Shown piece after piece: positions 11,514 through 21,543 of a stretch of 64,000 nucleotides of DNA; position 1 is the stretch's first letter; the number at the start of each line of letters is the position of its first letter. The translations under genes were made by a program, and so were the position numbers. Where the stretch lies: positions 1-64,000 of the IMG/VR virus record IMGVR_UViG_3300021475_000001; one strand, given 5' to 3'. Source of the DNA: a virus. The notes beneath the pieces were generated by a model. That model was not told the DNA's origin. It saw only the letters and a list, made by a program, of their open reading frames with translations, and did no database searches.

Positions 11514-12007
11514 TGCGTTACCGTAAACTGGACGCCAACGGCGATATGCAATTTGGTCACGGGGTCGGCGACTTCTGGCATGACCAGCCAGAAGGCGTCG
11601 GCCAGTCGGTCCAGACGCGTTTGTTACTGTTCTCGGGAGAGTGGTTTCTTGATACGCGTGCGGGAACACCGTGGGGCGGCTTTCCGTTGAACGATCTGGT
11701 TGTTCAGCAAGGCCGTATCCTCGGTGTCCATACTCAGCTATCGCGTGATGCCGCAATTCGTGAACGTATTCTAACGACCAATGGGGTTACCGCGATTACG
11801 AGTTACTTTAGTACGGTTGATCCCAACACGCGGACGTATAGTGTGCAAGCGACGGTTGATACAATTTACGGGCGGGCGTTAACAGTGACAGTAGCGTCTC
11901 AGTCAAGTGGACAGGCAGCAGTACATGTTGCCGCTACCCCATCGAGTGCGCTGTCGCGTTCTGGTCCTCGACCGCCAATCTTGAGACGTTTACCGCAGAG
12001 GCGTTAA
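11513..12007 (+). CDS. Baseplate wedge / sheath-initiator (gp25-like) protein
   Basis: 'MRYRKLDANGD..FG','VQTRLLLFSGEWFLD','ILTTNGV','DTIYG'; directly precedes baseplate J. Confidence 0.75.
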   Translation: MRYRKLDANGDMQFGHGVGDFWHDQPEGVGQSVQTRLLLFSGEWFLDTRAGTPWGGFPLNDLVVQQGRILGVHTQLSRDAAIRERILTTNGVTAITSYFSTVDPNTRTYSVQATVDTIYGRALTVTVASQSSGQAAVHVAATPSSALSRSGPRPPILRRLPQRR

Positions 12008-12010
12008 AAG

Positions 12011-13186
12011 ATGGCCTTTCCAATCACTACCATTGATGCAAATGGTGTCACTGTGCCGCTCTTTACGGACGTGTTAGCCTTTTTGCAGCAACAGTACCAA
12101 ACGATTTATGGTAGTGACATCAATCTTGATCCTGATACCCAGGACGGACAGTGGATTGGTGTCATCGCGGCGGTGATTAATGACAGTAATCAAACGGTCG
12201 CCGCAACATATCTATCGTATAGCCCGTCCTTTGCTATCGGTGCGGGATTGTCGAGTGTCGTCAAGATTAATGGTATCCGGCGGCAAATTCCCAGCTACAG
12301 TACTGTGCTCGTTCGCTGTGTCGGGGTTGCCGGAACCATAGTCGGTAACGGTTTTATTGGTGATAATTTAAACCTCGGCACTACGTGGCAGCTACCCGCT
12401 GGGTCTACTATTCCTCCGGAAGGTGACATAGTACTGACTGCTACCTGCACCGCTGCTGGTGCGGTTATTGCCAACACAGGTACGCTTACCAATATTTTAA
12501 CACCGGTTCCTGGCTGGCAAACTGTGAATAACGAGTCTCCTGCGGTTCCTGGTGCACCGATTGAAACCGATGCCCAGTTACGTCGTCGTCAGACTCAATC
12601 AGTTGCCAATCCGTCACAAAGTATTATTCTAGGTATTCAAGGTGGGATCGAGAATCTTCCCGGTGTGCAGCGGGTTTTTGTCTACGAGAACCCGACTGGC
12701 TCTCCTGATATCAATGGTCTTCCGGCGCATTCGATGGCGGCGGTGGTTGAAGGCGGTGACTCAACGGAGGTTGCTCAATCCATTGCCCTACGTAAGACAC
12801 CAGGATCGCCGACTTATGGCACAACCTCGATCATTGTCTATGATGCTCGTGGTATTCCGGCGCAGATCAACTTCTTTGAGTTGGTGTTAGTGCCGATAAC
12901 GGTTCACATCACATTGAAGGCACTAGCTGGCTATACTGGGGCTATAGGGCAAGAAATCACCAATCAGGTGGTCGCATTTTTAACGACTCTGCCGATTGGT
13001 TATGACAGTTACTATTCCAAGCTTACCGCTGCCTGTCAGGTACCAGAACCGGATGGACTGACTTATGACGTGACTTCCGTCTCACAAGCGCGCGGCGGTA
13101 ATACGCCAGCCGCTGGAGATGTCAATATCTCTTTTATCGAAGCAACAACGTGTGATGCCACGCTGATAACGATCACGGTGACTTAG
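12011..13186 (+). CDS. Baseplate J/gp47-family wedge protein
   Basis: 'IYGSDINLDPDTQDGQWI','ETDAQLRRRQ','YENPTG..D.NGLPAHS..VVEGGD'. Confidence 0.9.
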   Translation: MAFPITTIDANGVTVPLFTDVLAFLQQQYQTIYGSDINLDPDTQDGQWIGVIAAVINDSNQTVAATYLSYSPSFAIGAGLSSVVKINGIRRQIPSYSTVLVRCVGVAGTIVGNGFIGDNLNLGTTWQLPAGSTIPPEGDIVLTATCTAAGAVIANTGTLTNILTPVPGWQTVNNESPAVPGAPIETDAQLRRRQTQSVANPSQSIILGIQGGIENLPGVQRVFVYENPTGSPDINGLPAHSMAAVVEGGDSTEVAQSIALRKTPGSPTYGTTSIIVYDARGIPAQINFFELVLVPITVHITLKALAGYTGAIGQEITNQVVAFLTTLPIGYDSYYSKLTAACQVPEPDGLTYDVTSVSQARGGNTPAAGDVNISFIEATTCDATLITITVT

Positions 13187-13200
13187 GAAGGAGTTATGCA

Positions 13201-13860
13201 ATGTCTGGATTAACCACTTATACGTCGCAGGGTGTGCTTGGTCATATCACTGGTAAGACTGCGATTTTCGCGCTGCGAACGGCCTATGTGGCGTTGTTCT
13301 CAGCGGCTGGTGCAGATGACGGGACAGGATTTACTGAAATCGCTGGTGGTGCCTACGCGCGGGTACCGACAGCACCAGCGGATTGGTCTGCACCAAGTTC
13401 TGCGGCTCCAAGTGTCATCTCTAATGCCAACCCGATTATATTCCCAACTTCAACGGCAGCGTGGGGAAACGTCACCGCGTTTGGTGTCTATGATGCTGCG
13501 ACCGCCGGGAACCTCTTGGCTTGGGACTTTTTCGGGGCTTTTACCTGGCTTCCATGCTCGATCGTCGCCGCTTCTCCGGGTGTTTTTACTTCACCCCGGC
13601 ACGCTTTCCTGAATGGTGATACAGTGATGTACTCTACGGAGTACGGTGGTACGCCGCCGACATTCAGCCAAGGTAACCTTACCGGTCCTTTGATCGTGGC
13701 TAACTCGTTGACCGACACATTCACTGTCACTAATGGCGGTGTAGTCGTCAATACGGCGACGAGCGGTGACGGCAATGTCCGCAAGGTGGCCACTCAAGCG
13801 ATCATCTCCAATGTCCAGGCAACGTTCCCTGCTAACGCGTTGAATATCACTCTTGCGTAA
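13201..13860 (+). CDS. Virion structural protein (tail/baseplate-associated beta-rich protein)
   Basis: 'YVALF...EIAGGAYAR','I.FPT.TAAWG.VTAFGVYDAATAGNLL' motif common in phage tail regions. Confidence 0.65.
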   Translation: MSGLTTYTSQGVLGHITGKTAIFALRTAYVALFSAAGADDGTGFTEIAGGAYARVPTAPADWSAPSSAAPSVISNANPIIFPTSTAAWGNVTAFGVYDAATAGNLLAWDFFGAFTWLPCSIVAASPGVFTSPRHAFLNGDTVMYSTEYGGTPPTFSQGNLTGPLIVANSLTDTFTVTNGGVVVNTATSGDGNVRKVATQAIISNVQATFPANALNITLA

Positions 13861-13868
13861 ATTGTGAC

Positions 13869-15494
13869 ATGTCGGACCAGGATGTCGTAGGTCTAGCGAC
13901 TGCCGTAAATCTCGCGGGTAGGATCACTGCGAGAGGTGGGACACGCTTGGCTATAGCTCATGCTGCCGTAATTCTCGCAGGTGGTATTAGCGCGAAGAGT
14001 ACGGCACGCATAGCTATACCACGTGTTTCCGCAATTCTCGCGGGTCGTATCACCGCAAAGAGTACGACGCAGATAGCGGTTGCTCTGGTTCCGCCGCATC
14101 CTCTGTCACTAGCAGGTACTGTTTCTGGTCGTGCCAGTGCGCGGGTGCAGATGTTGCCTTGGGTTCTCTCGGGCACCATATACGCACAGGGTACGATACG
14201 TGGGAGGACACCACCTTATCTCTCGGGTACTATTCACGCACAGGGTACGATACGCGGGACGTTTCCACCTTATCTCGTAGGTAGAATTACCGCTCGGGGT
14301 CAGATACGGGGCGCGACACCACCTTATCTCTCGGGTAGGATTACCGCACGGAGTACGGCGCTAACACAACAGGCGGTGTTTACCCACCCGTTGGTTTATG
14401 GTCGTATTACCGCGAGTAGCCGGGTCAATCTTAATCAATCGTTTTTTACGACCCGGCTTTATGGCACTGTCACCGCAGCCAGCCACGGTTCACTTGCTGC
14501 GAGACTCTTACCATTAGTGGGTAGTATTACCGCGCGCAGCCGCGCGCAATTATATCAACAGCCTAATTTTGCTCTCAATCTTTTTGGTAGTATTGCTGCC
14601 AGTAGCAGTGCGAATTTCGGAACTGGTCCTTATTATGTCACGTATCTGTCGGGCCGGACCAGTAGTAGAACGCACCTACAAGGTTTGGTGTATCCCCGGT
14701 ACCAGTTGATCGGTAGTAAAGTCTTCGCGGCGTCGTCACTCAGTTTGTTGATCGCTGAAGTCGCTGAACCGTTACCGCCTTATCCACCACCGTTTTTGAC
14801 GCACACAACGAGTGACTATTTAAATTACATCACTTCTGAACATAACCAGAAACCGAAGTATATGGCGAGTGTCGGATTCGCGATTGATCCGGAAGTCGAG
14901 ATACAACAACTTGCCGCGGGCATAGCTGGATTGTTTGATCTAGACTATTGTGTTGGTGAACAAGAGGATTTCACTGGGGAGTGGATTGGTAAGTCACGGT
15001 GGATTGAGATACCTAATGTATTTTTTACCTGGGATTCTCAAGGTCAGGGCTGGAACGAAGCGAACTGGAAAGGTCCTGGTGACTCTGAAGACATGTTGCA
15101 GCAACTTGACGATTATCACTATCGTTTGTTGTTGTATGGGACAGTGATTGCTAATCATTGGAACGGATCGATCCCAACAGCTTACGAGGCGTGGGATACT
15201 CTGTTTCGCTACGCTGGATTGAAAGTCATCATTCAGGACTACGGTAACATGACCATGCTTTATGGTATGTTATCGGATGGGAATTTAGACCTTGTGCTTA
15301 CGTCACTATTTCTCAGTGGGCAGATGGATTTGCGTCCCGAAGGTGTCGAGTTGATCGCTTATGCTTTGCAAGCGGAACCTGGCATACCGTTTTTTGCTTG
15401 GGATTCGCATAGTGATGCGGTACAGGGTTGGGATAGTGGTTCGTGGGGGATTATGGTTCCTCCCGGTTCAGCATTCCCGCCTCTGTTACCTTAA
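13869..15494 (+). CDS. DUF2612-like baseplate wedge protein with long N-terminal repeat extension
   Basis: C-terminal 'YLNYITSEHNQKPKY..FDLD..VG.Q.D..G.WIG..R','LDD..YR','IQDYGNMTM'; N-terminal ~300 aa of 'L.G.I.A.S' repeats. Confidence 0.75.
   Translation: MSDQDVVGLATAVNLAGRITARGGTRLAIAHAAVILAGGISAKSTARIAIPRVSAILAGRITAKSTTQIAVALVPPHPLSLAGTVSGRASARVQMLPWVLSGTIYAQGTIRGRTPPYLSGTIHAQGTIRGTFPPYLVGRITARGQIRGATPPYLSGRITARSTALTQQAVFTHPLVYGRITASSRVNLNQSFFTTRLYGTVTAASHGSLAARLLPLVGSITARSRAQLYQQPNFALNLFGSIAASSSANFGTGPYYVTYLSGRTSSRTHLQGLVYPRYQLIGSKVFAASSLSLLIAEVAEPLPPYPPPFLTHTTSDYLNYITSEHNQKPKYMASVGFAIDPEVEIQQLAAGIAGLFDLDYCVGEQEDFTGEWIGKSRWIEIPNVFFTWDSQGQGWNEANWKGPGDSEDMLQQLDDYHYRLLLYGTVIANHWNGSIPTAYEAWDTLFRYAGLKVIIQDYGNMTMLYGMLSDGNLDLVLTSLFLSGQMDLRPEGVELIAYALQAEPGIPFFAWDSHSDAVQGWDSGSWGIMVPPGSAFPPLLP
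14166..14351 (+). repeat. 54-bp intragenic tandem repeat (about 3.5 copies) encoding 'LSG.I.A.G.IRG..PPY'
   Basis: Units start at 14166, 14220, 14274 and 14328; the three full units each end CCACCTTAT. Confidence 0.85.
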
Positions 15495-15518
15495 CTCCTT
15501 TCGAGGGAAGGATTGGGT

Positions 15519-17639
15519 ATGAGTGACACTTCGGCAGCGCCGGTAAACGGCACAAATGGCGGCGTCGTTTTGCCGTTCGATTTTCCTACCACCTTCACGC
15601 CGGCTGGTACTGACTTCAAACCGGTGGCGCTTGGTGTGGGAGCTAATCTCGAACCGTTGCCGACCTACTTTACTGATCCACTGCTACAAACTGGTAATCT
15701 ACCTGGGGTCGCGATTAGCGCGTTTAATAACCGCGCGCTGCGTCAGGGTACATTTGTTGCCAGTAGTCTGTGTTTGTGGATTAGTGACCAAACCCAAGTG
15801 TACGTGCCAGACGATGGGAACCAGATTAATTGGATGGGGCTATATAATCAGGCATTGGCTGATTTTATCTTGAGTGTTTTACCACCTGGTCCAAATCTCG
15901 GGGCTTACCTGCCATTGGCGGGTGGCACTATGGTCGGTAACATCCAATTCCAGACTGGTGTCAGCACGATTCTCGCGAACAACACTTGGTATTTTGGAAG
16001 AGACACCGGAGGACAAGCGCGCGGACTGATCGTCAAGGGTAGTGACAATAACATCTACATCAACGACGGTTCTTCGACCTATGTGTTCTTCCACGGCTCT
16101 CCGTCTGTTGACAACGGCGTGTCATGGGGTGGTAAAGACACTAGCGGCACCGAGCACGCGATTATCGGCCTGCTGAGTGACAATAACACCCATATCGCGA
16201 ACACCGCAGGGCCTGGACATATCTATATGGATTGTTCTAGCGGCGGCTCGGTCTGGACGAATAGCAACATCGTCATTCCCAACAATAATTGGTACTACGC
16301 CAGGGACACGGGCGGGACACCCCGCAATATTATCGGCATCAATAACGGCAACTCGCTCTTGGTCGGTGCCGGCGCGACCGGCACGACCGATATTTATGGT
16401 CCCGGAAACATCTACCTGCACAATACGACTGTTGCTTACGGTCAGTTCAATGTGAACGGTTACCTCTACAGTCAGGGAGGTGCGCGGTGCTACATCCCTG
16501 GTGGCAATGATCCGTTACAGATTTATGCCGATAACGGTTACTATTCGCGGCTGCACTACGTAATCGGCGGTCTGCGTGACTGGAGTGAAGGTGCGCTCTC
16601 CAACGGCACTTGGGCACTAGCTGATGAGAGCGCGCACGCGCTCCGTTTGCAAGTCGATTTTAATGGCACGCTGATCTGCTTCAATTCCCTTCAAGTGAAT
16701 GGTGGGGCAACAGTCAATGGCACCGTGAGCCTCGGTGGGCTGACCATACTCGGGGCGGGACAAGTCAATGGCGGTTTGACGGTCTACAACGGTATCAACG
16801 TGGCTAGCGGAGGACTAGGTGTAGCTGCTAATGGACAAATCAACGGTGGGTTGACGGTCTACAATGGGCTTAATGTCGCTAGCGGCAACGGCAATATCGC
16901 AGGTTCGCTGGTTGCGGGCGGGAACATTACTTGTAACAATACACTCTTTGTCAGTAACCAAGCCCAGGTGTGGAACCACCTCTATGTCATGACTGGTGAT
17001 CTTCATGTGCAGAACGGCGGCGCTTATTTTGCTGGTACTATAACGACACCGGTTCTTAATGGAGGTCAAGGTAATAACAACATTGTTATTACCGGTGGTG
17101 CGGTTGTGTACCCCGCAGGTGGCCAGCAAGATGCCCTCTGGATTAACGGTAACATTCAGTTCAACGGCTGGGAATTTCAAGGACCACAAGGTGGGACTAA
17201 CTTTTATGGTGGCATGATCGTCCAGGCTATGTCTGGTCAACTTGATTCACTGTGGGCTTATGGCAATATTAGAATCTTTAACGGTCGTGGATACCAACCG
17301 GGAGGCGGGTTTTGGTTAGATTCGTCGGATGCGCGTCTCAAAAAGGATATTGAACCATACACTCAAGGACTTGATGCGATCTGTAAACTGCGCCCGGTTT
17401 CTTATTGTTACAACGGATTAGGCAAAACGAAGGATGACGGTGTGCGTTATCACGGATTGGTGGCGCAGGATGTGCTGAAAGTCATGCCAGAGATGGTCTT
17501 TGAGGAAGAAGTTAGGCTCGACTCAAAAGATGACGGAGGCACCCCGTTTTATATGATGAACGCAACTGCGTTGACATATGCCCTAATCAACGCTGTGCAG
17601 GAACTAGCCGCGCAACTCGACGCTTTGAAAAGGAAGTAA
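15519..17639 (+). CDS. Main baseplate-anchored tail fibre with S74 chaperone domain
   Basis: N-terminal 'G.A.SAFNNRALRQGTFVAS.L' anchor, 'YLPLAGGTM.G', C-terminal 'SDARLKKDI..LRPVSY..GLVAQDV..LINAVQEL'. Confidence 0.85.
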   Translation: MSDTSAAPVNGTNGGVVLPFDFPTTFTPAGTDFKPVALGVGANLEPLPTYFTDPLLQTGNLPGVAISAFNNRALRQGTFVASSLCLWISDQTQVYVPDDGNQINWMGLYNQALADFILSVLPPGPNLGAYLPLAGGTMVGNIQFQTGVSTILANNTWYFGRDTGGQARGLIVKGSDNNIYINDGSSTYVFFHGSPSVDNGVSWGGKDTSGTEHAIIGLLSDNNTHIANTAGPGHIYMDCSSGGSVWTNSNIVIPNNNWYYARDTGGTPRNIIGINNGNSLLVGAGATGTTDIYGPGNIYLHNTTVAYGQFNVNGYLYSQGGARCYIPGGNDPLQIYADNGYYSRLHYVIGGLRDWSEGALSNGTWALADESAHALRLQVDFNGTLICFNSLQVNGGATVNGTVSLGGLTILGAGQVNGGLTVYNGINVASGGLGVAANGQINGGLTVYNGLNVASGNGNIAGSLVAGGNITCNNTLFVSNQAQVWNHLYVMTGDLHVQNGGAYFAGTITTPVLNGGQGNNNIVITGGAVVYPAGGQQDALWINGNIQFNGWEFQGPQGGTNFYGGMIVQAMSGQLDSLWAYGNIRIFNGRGYQPGGGFWLDSSDARLKKDIEPYTQGLDAICKLRPVSYCYNGLGKTKDDGVRYHGLVAQDVLKVMPEMVFEEEVRLDSKDDGGTPFYMMNATALTYALINAVQELAAQLDALKRK

Positions 17640-17641
17640 CC

Positions 17642-18016
17642 ATGCCAGCCATCAGTCAAATCCCGGACGCCAACACGCTGCACGCGCAGCTTGACGCGGT
17701 TAACGACGCCATAGCCTCGTTGGGGAGCGGAGCGACAGTCACTCACATGACTATTAGTTCACCACCGGTTGTTGACACGGAACCACCACCCGTGCCACCA
17801 GCAATGGGAGATACACCCCCGCCTCCTCCGGTATTTGTCCCGCCGACTACGATTGTCCTGGAACCACCGATCAGCGATCCCGAGACGATTGTGGTGTTGA
17901 CCCAGGCACTTCAGATGCGCGCCGACACTATCACCCAACAACTGGTCGCGCAGGGTTATACTGATGACGTACAACAGTCGAGGTCCAGCCGTAGCCGATC
18001 TGCCTTCCAATCCTGA
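17642..18016 (+). CDS. Fibre-associated protein (paralogue of the N-half of 10696-11280)
   Basis: Shared 'P..(T)TLH......A...L..G.T...M.I..P...PIS' pattern; follows a fibre gene. Confidence 0.55.
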   Translation: MPAISQIPDANTLHAQLDAVNDAIASLGSGATVTHMTISSPPVVDTEPPPVPPAMGDTPPPPPVFVPPTTIVLEPPISDPETIVVLTQALQMRADTITQQLVAQGYTDDVQQSRSSRSRSAFQS

Positions 18017-18031
18017 TCGCGAGGTTGAACC

Positions 18032-18976
18032 ATGGCCGATCCGCTTCCCGATCTTCCTGAGTTTTATCAGACTTACCGGTTGATTCAGGGGTCGCAGATT
18101 ACCAGTGTTAGTGTTGATCCGCCTTATGTCACGGTGACAATTGATAGTGGTACGGTACTAATCGATGTGACAGACGACTTCTTTGCCAGCGGAACACCAG
18201 CGGTTGGTGATTATTTGTGTTACTACCCGGACCCCAACGGCACTTACAACACCGTCACAAGGTTAGTGCCTATTTCGATTGGCTGGGAGCCACAGGATTC
18301 GTTTATACAGGCTTACACCGTCGTTGTTGCAGGACCACCGGGACCGCCGGGTCCACAAGGTGAAACTGGTCCCCCCGGTCCGCAGGGTGAACCCGGCCCG
18401 CAGGGTTCACAGGGTCCAATCGGCCCGCAGGGTGAACAAGGCCCGGTTGGTCCGATGGCAGTTAGTGTTGATACCGGTAATCTTGCCGAGTTGGGTAGTG
18501 ACGGCTTGATGCTGGTTCCTAACACTTCACGTCTTCTGGGTGATGTATCAGGTAGCGAAGCGAACCCTGGTGAGCTTGGCGAATATATGGTTGCCAGTAA
18601 TATGACCGGCATTAATCTCGTATCGATGGACGCGGATGGTGTGTGTTCTCTCTCCTTGCCGCCGGGTGATTGGGAAGTCTGGGGGGCGATCAACTTCCTG
18701 CCACCCGGCAATGTTAGTCCGAATATGATCGCTGCGAGTGTGAGTCTTTATCCCAGTGACTTACCCACGGATGACGATCTGATGACTGGTGTCGGTATCC
18801 TCAACATGCTGTGGACGACCGCACTCAGTTCGGGTCAGCGACAGATGTTGATGACTGGGCAGTGTCGCTCCAATTCTGCTGATCCAACGACGCTTTATCT
18901 TGTTGGGCAAACGTCTTTTAACGGCTCCGCGACCGTGCTCGCCACGGGTTATCTGTCAGCGCGCCGCGCGCGATGA
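18032..18976 (+). CDS. Collagen-repeat virion protein
   Basis: About 14 G-X-Y triplets; '[16 protein letters not shown]','G..GS.A.PGELGEY','[13 protein letters not shown]'. Confidence 0.7.
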   Translation: MADPLPDLPEFYQTYRLIQGSQITSVSVDPPYVTVTIDSGTVLIDVTDDFFASGTPAVGDYLCYYPDPNGTYNTVTRLVPISIGWEPQDSFIQAYTVVVAGPPGPPGPQGETGPPGPQGEPGPQGSQGPIGPQGEQGPVGPMAVSVDTGNLAELGSDGLMLVPNTSRLLGDVSGSEANPGELGEYMVASNMTGINLVSMDADGVCSLSLPPGDWEVWGAINFLPPGNVSPNMIAASVSLYPSDLPTDDDLMTGVGILNMLWTTALSSGQRQMLMTGQCRSNSADPTTLYLVGQTSFNGSATVLATGYLSARRAR

Positions 18977-18989
18977 TTTGGAGTGAATA

Positions 18990-19286
18990 ATGACCAGAGA
19001 TGAGATACAGGCAGAATTGTTGGCGCTGTGGCACGCGGGGGATACCGAGGCACTAACCACTTTCCTGACTGATCAGGAGATGATGGATGCCAAGGGCATC
19101 ACTTCTACTGGGTCGGCTTTTCTGGCTTGGATGCAGGATCGCGTGGTGTCGGAAGATATTTATCGGTTTATTCAGGAAACCACTGACACCGTTCCTGTGA
19201 CTGACGCTGTTGCCGTGGCCGATACGCGGTATGGTGACACTACCACAACCCAACATGATGGAGGACTCAATGATTTACCAGCTTAA
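18990..19286 (+). CDS. Hypothetical protein
   Basis: RBS GGAG upstream; in operon. Confidence 0.5.
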   Translation: MTRDEIQAELLALWHAGDTEALTTFLTDQEMMDAKGITSTGSAFLAWMQDRVVSEDIYRFIQETTDTVPVTDAVAVADTRYGDTTTTQHDGGLNDLPA

Positions 19287-19434
19287 CTTTTGCGATGCCA
19301 ACGGACAGGTTATCGGGCAGGCGACATTTAATGTGCCGTCCCCTGATGATTTTGTGGGGTGTTTGTTGCAGGCAATTCGCAGCGGCTGGGTCGAAGGTAC
19401 GGCATCACTGACGTTTACTGCTATCCCGGTTTAA
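19270..19434 (+). CDS. Hypothetical protein (last gene of the + strand module)
   Basis: RBS GGAGGA before ATG 19270; stop overlaps the convergent gene's stop. Confidence 0.5.
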   Translation: MIYQLNFCDANGQVIGQATFNVPSPDDFVGCLLQAIRSGWVEGTASLTFTAIPV

Positions 19435-19868
19435 TGTAACACCCGAGACGAATCCAGGTGTACTTCGTGAAAATGGGGGGCGGTGAGTGTGCGGATCATG
19501 TGTTCGCAGATAATGGCGATGACGACAGAACTGTCAGTTAGTGATGATACCAGTGACGATTTACGCATCTTTTTATCCCAGAAACAGACGATACTCTCGG
19601 CATTACCTAGTGCAGCGACAGTGGGTTTTATGACATCGAGATACTTGTGACACATGTCATTAAATATGCCTTTGTGTTGGGGATCAAAGCAAGATGCCAT
19701 ACCACGTGACAGAACCTCAAAAGTGACTGATTCTTTTGTGGTGTTGGATATCATGGATATGTCGCTATTCACACTATGAATCAAGATAACGACTTCCATA
19801 GTGGGGTTATCGTCAGTTAACACCAGCAAATTATCGCAGAGGTGTTGACTTACTTCCACTAGATTCAT
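19431..19868 (-). CDS. Hypothetical protein
   Basis: ATG at 19868 with GAGGA upstream, 2 nt after the previous stop. Confidence 0.55.
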   Translation of the reverse strand: MNLVEVSQHLCDNLLVLTDDNPTMEVVILIHSVNSDISMISNTTKESVTFEVLSRGMASCFDPQHKGIFNDMCHKYLDVIKPTVAALGNAESIVCFWDKKMRKSSLVSSLTDSSVVIAIICEHMIRTLTAPHFHEVHLDSSRVLH

Positions 19869-19870
19869 GG

Positions 19871-20446
19871 TCAAATCCTCGGTGCGGGTGACTTCCAGCC
19901 ACAACTTGATACCATACAATCACGTGACCCGTCGTTGTTCTGTCTGGTCATCCAAGGATGACGTGGACATTTGCGTATGGCATCCGGTGGGGGAGCGGCA
20001 GTCGCTGCTCTTTGTGCTGCGTCTGGCCTCCCCAAGTCTTCTGGTAGTTTATAGAGTACTTGTGGGTCAATTCCTGGCTTAAACTTTTCCAGTTCTTCTG
20101 GATTGAGAAATGGTAGGTCCCACCTACCAGTAAATGTGACAGATTTAGCGTCAATCGTCAAGAATGGTACTGGTTTTTCATTAGATTGAACAAACTCAAA
20201 CTTAAGTTCGTCTTTTGAGTTGGGGTGTTGCGCTGCCAGCTTCTGGTGACGCCAAGGAATTAGAAAGTTTCTGACAAAGGAGTCCATCGTTTCCGAGGAA
20301 ACATCATTCGAGTATATCACCAATCTGAACTTCTTGAAGGCTTCGACCGCCCAGTCAAAAAATCCCGCGACAATAAAACCTTCTTTTGCGTAGTTCTGTG
20401 CTACACATTCTTCAAAGGCAATTGCCAGAATTGGTTTGTCGTTCAT
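19871..20446 (-). CDS. Degenerate HAD-superfamily-like protein
   Basis: 'KPILAIAFEECV' where DxDG is expected, 'LVIYS', and 'KPVPFLTIDAKSVTFTGRW' where KP...IDD is expected. Confidence 0.55.
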   Translation of the reverse strand: MNDKPILAIAFEECVAQNYAKEGFIVAGFFDWAVEAFKKFRLVIYSNDVSSETMDSFVRNFLIPWRHQKLAAQHPNSKDELKFEFVQSNEKPVPFLTIDAKSVTFTGRWDLPFLNPEELEKFKPGIDPQVLYKLPEDLGRPDAAQRAATAAPPPDAIRKCPRHPWMTRQNNDGSRDCMVSSCGWKSPAPRI

Positions 20447-20454
20447 GTTTTACC

Positions 20455-20712
20455 TCAGAGGAATTTCCAGTAAGTTCCCCAATAGTGGGTTACGATGTAG
20501 TATAGAATAAAGTTGATGACTCTGTACAACCCATAAGCTGCAAAAAGATAGAGTATCACTTGTACATACCAGGGAATGACCCAACGTTTTGGGGTCTTGT
20601 CATAATTTTCCAGTGATATTAATTGTGTTCTATTGGTGGCGAGCCTGACACCGACAGTTTGCTGCCGGTGTGTACGTGTCGGGCGATTTCTCGGGCTTCG
20701 CCAATGTGTCAT
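20455..20712 (-). CDS. Small membrane protein
   Basis: Basic N-terminus and hydrophobic C-terminal segment. Confidence 0.5.
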   Translation of the reverse strand: MTHWRSPRNRPTRTHRQQTVGVRLATNRTQLISLENYDKTPKRWVIPWYVQVILYLFAAYGLYRVINFILYYIVTHYWGTYWKFL

Positions 20713-20719
20713 CGCTTCC

Positions 20720-21034
20720 CTATGGGCGCGTAATCTCTCCGGTAATACGTTCGATATTAGTCAGCATATAGTCGAGTGACTCAAGCTGTTTGAGAAATCC
20801 GATCAGCGAATCATAATCGGCACAGGACACTTGTGTTGGTCGGCGCAGATTACCATTGGCGTCGTAAAGTGGTCGTGTCTTACCTAGATCGTTCTTGTGG
20901 GTTACTGTCATGCGAAAGTAGAATGGTTTATTTTCTGATGGTTGTGATGATGTGATTGTTTCTATGGTGCCTTCATTCATCCGTGCGAGTTGTCCACCAC
21001 TAAGACGAAATTCAAGCCCAACTGTATTAGACAT
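20720..21034 (-). CDS. Hypothetical protein
   Basis: RBS AAGGAG; tight operon packing. Confidence 0.55.
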   Translation of the reverse strand: MSNTVGLEFRLSGGQLARMNEGTIETITSSQPSENKPFYFRMTVTHKNDLGKTRPLYDANGNLRRPTQVSCADYDSLIGFLKQLESLDYMLTNIERITGEITRP

Positions 21035-21045
21035 TTTTTATCTCC

Positions 21046-21543
21046 TTATTTGTGCCACTTATTGCAGTGTTCTTGAAATTCATCCTTGTCTTTAAACGAG
21101 TGCATGACTAATGCATCACCTGATTCGCCAAATTGGGCGAGACGTGATGAAACTTGACCCACGGCTTTACCGTATTTTGCTACTTCAGCAAATGTGGATT
21201 CCCAGATTATTTTCCCATGTGGCAGTAGATAGTCTGCCCACTTTATTCTTATATCGTTGTCTATGGTATCGCCTACCACCTTATCAGTTTTATCTCTCTC
21301 TGCTTTGCTTTGTTTTGGTTTTTTAGGGATACAGCGAGTTATAATATTGTAGGCACAGTTAAATACGGCCTGTTTTATTAATAAGTCAGCATCTTCGTGG
21401 TTATTAAGTGCGTTCCAGTAAAGGTCTGCCCAATCTTCGTAATCAAGATCAGGATTTTTTCTTATAATATTTCTCATAATGGATAAAAGTCGGTCATGAT
21501 TACCACGCTTTGCAGCGGTAACGCCAAGGTCTAGTACCGTCAT
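21046..21543 (-). CDS. Hypothetical protein (AT-rich)
   Basis: ATGA-coupled to the upstream ORF; RBS AGGAG. Confidence 0.55.
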   Translation of the reverse strand: MTVLDLGVTAAKRGNHDRLLSIMRNIIRKNPDLDYEDWADLYWNALNNHEDADLLIKQAVFNCAYNIITRCIPKKPKQSKAERDKTDKVVGDTIDNDIRIKWADYLLPHGKIIWESTFAEVAKYGKAVGQVSSRLAQFGESGDALVMHSFKDKDEFQEHCNKWHK

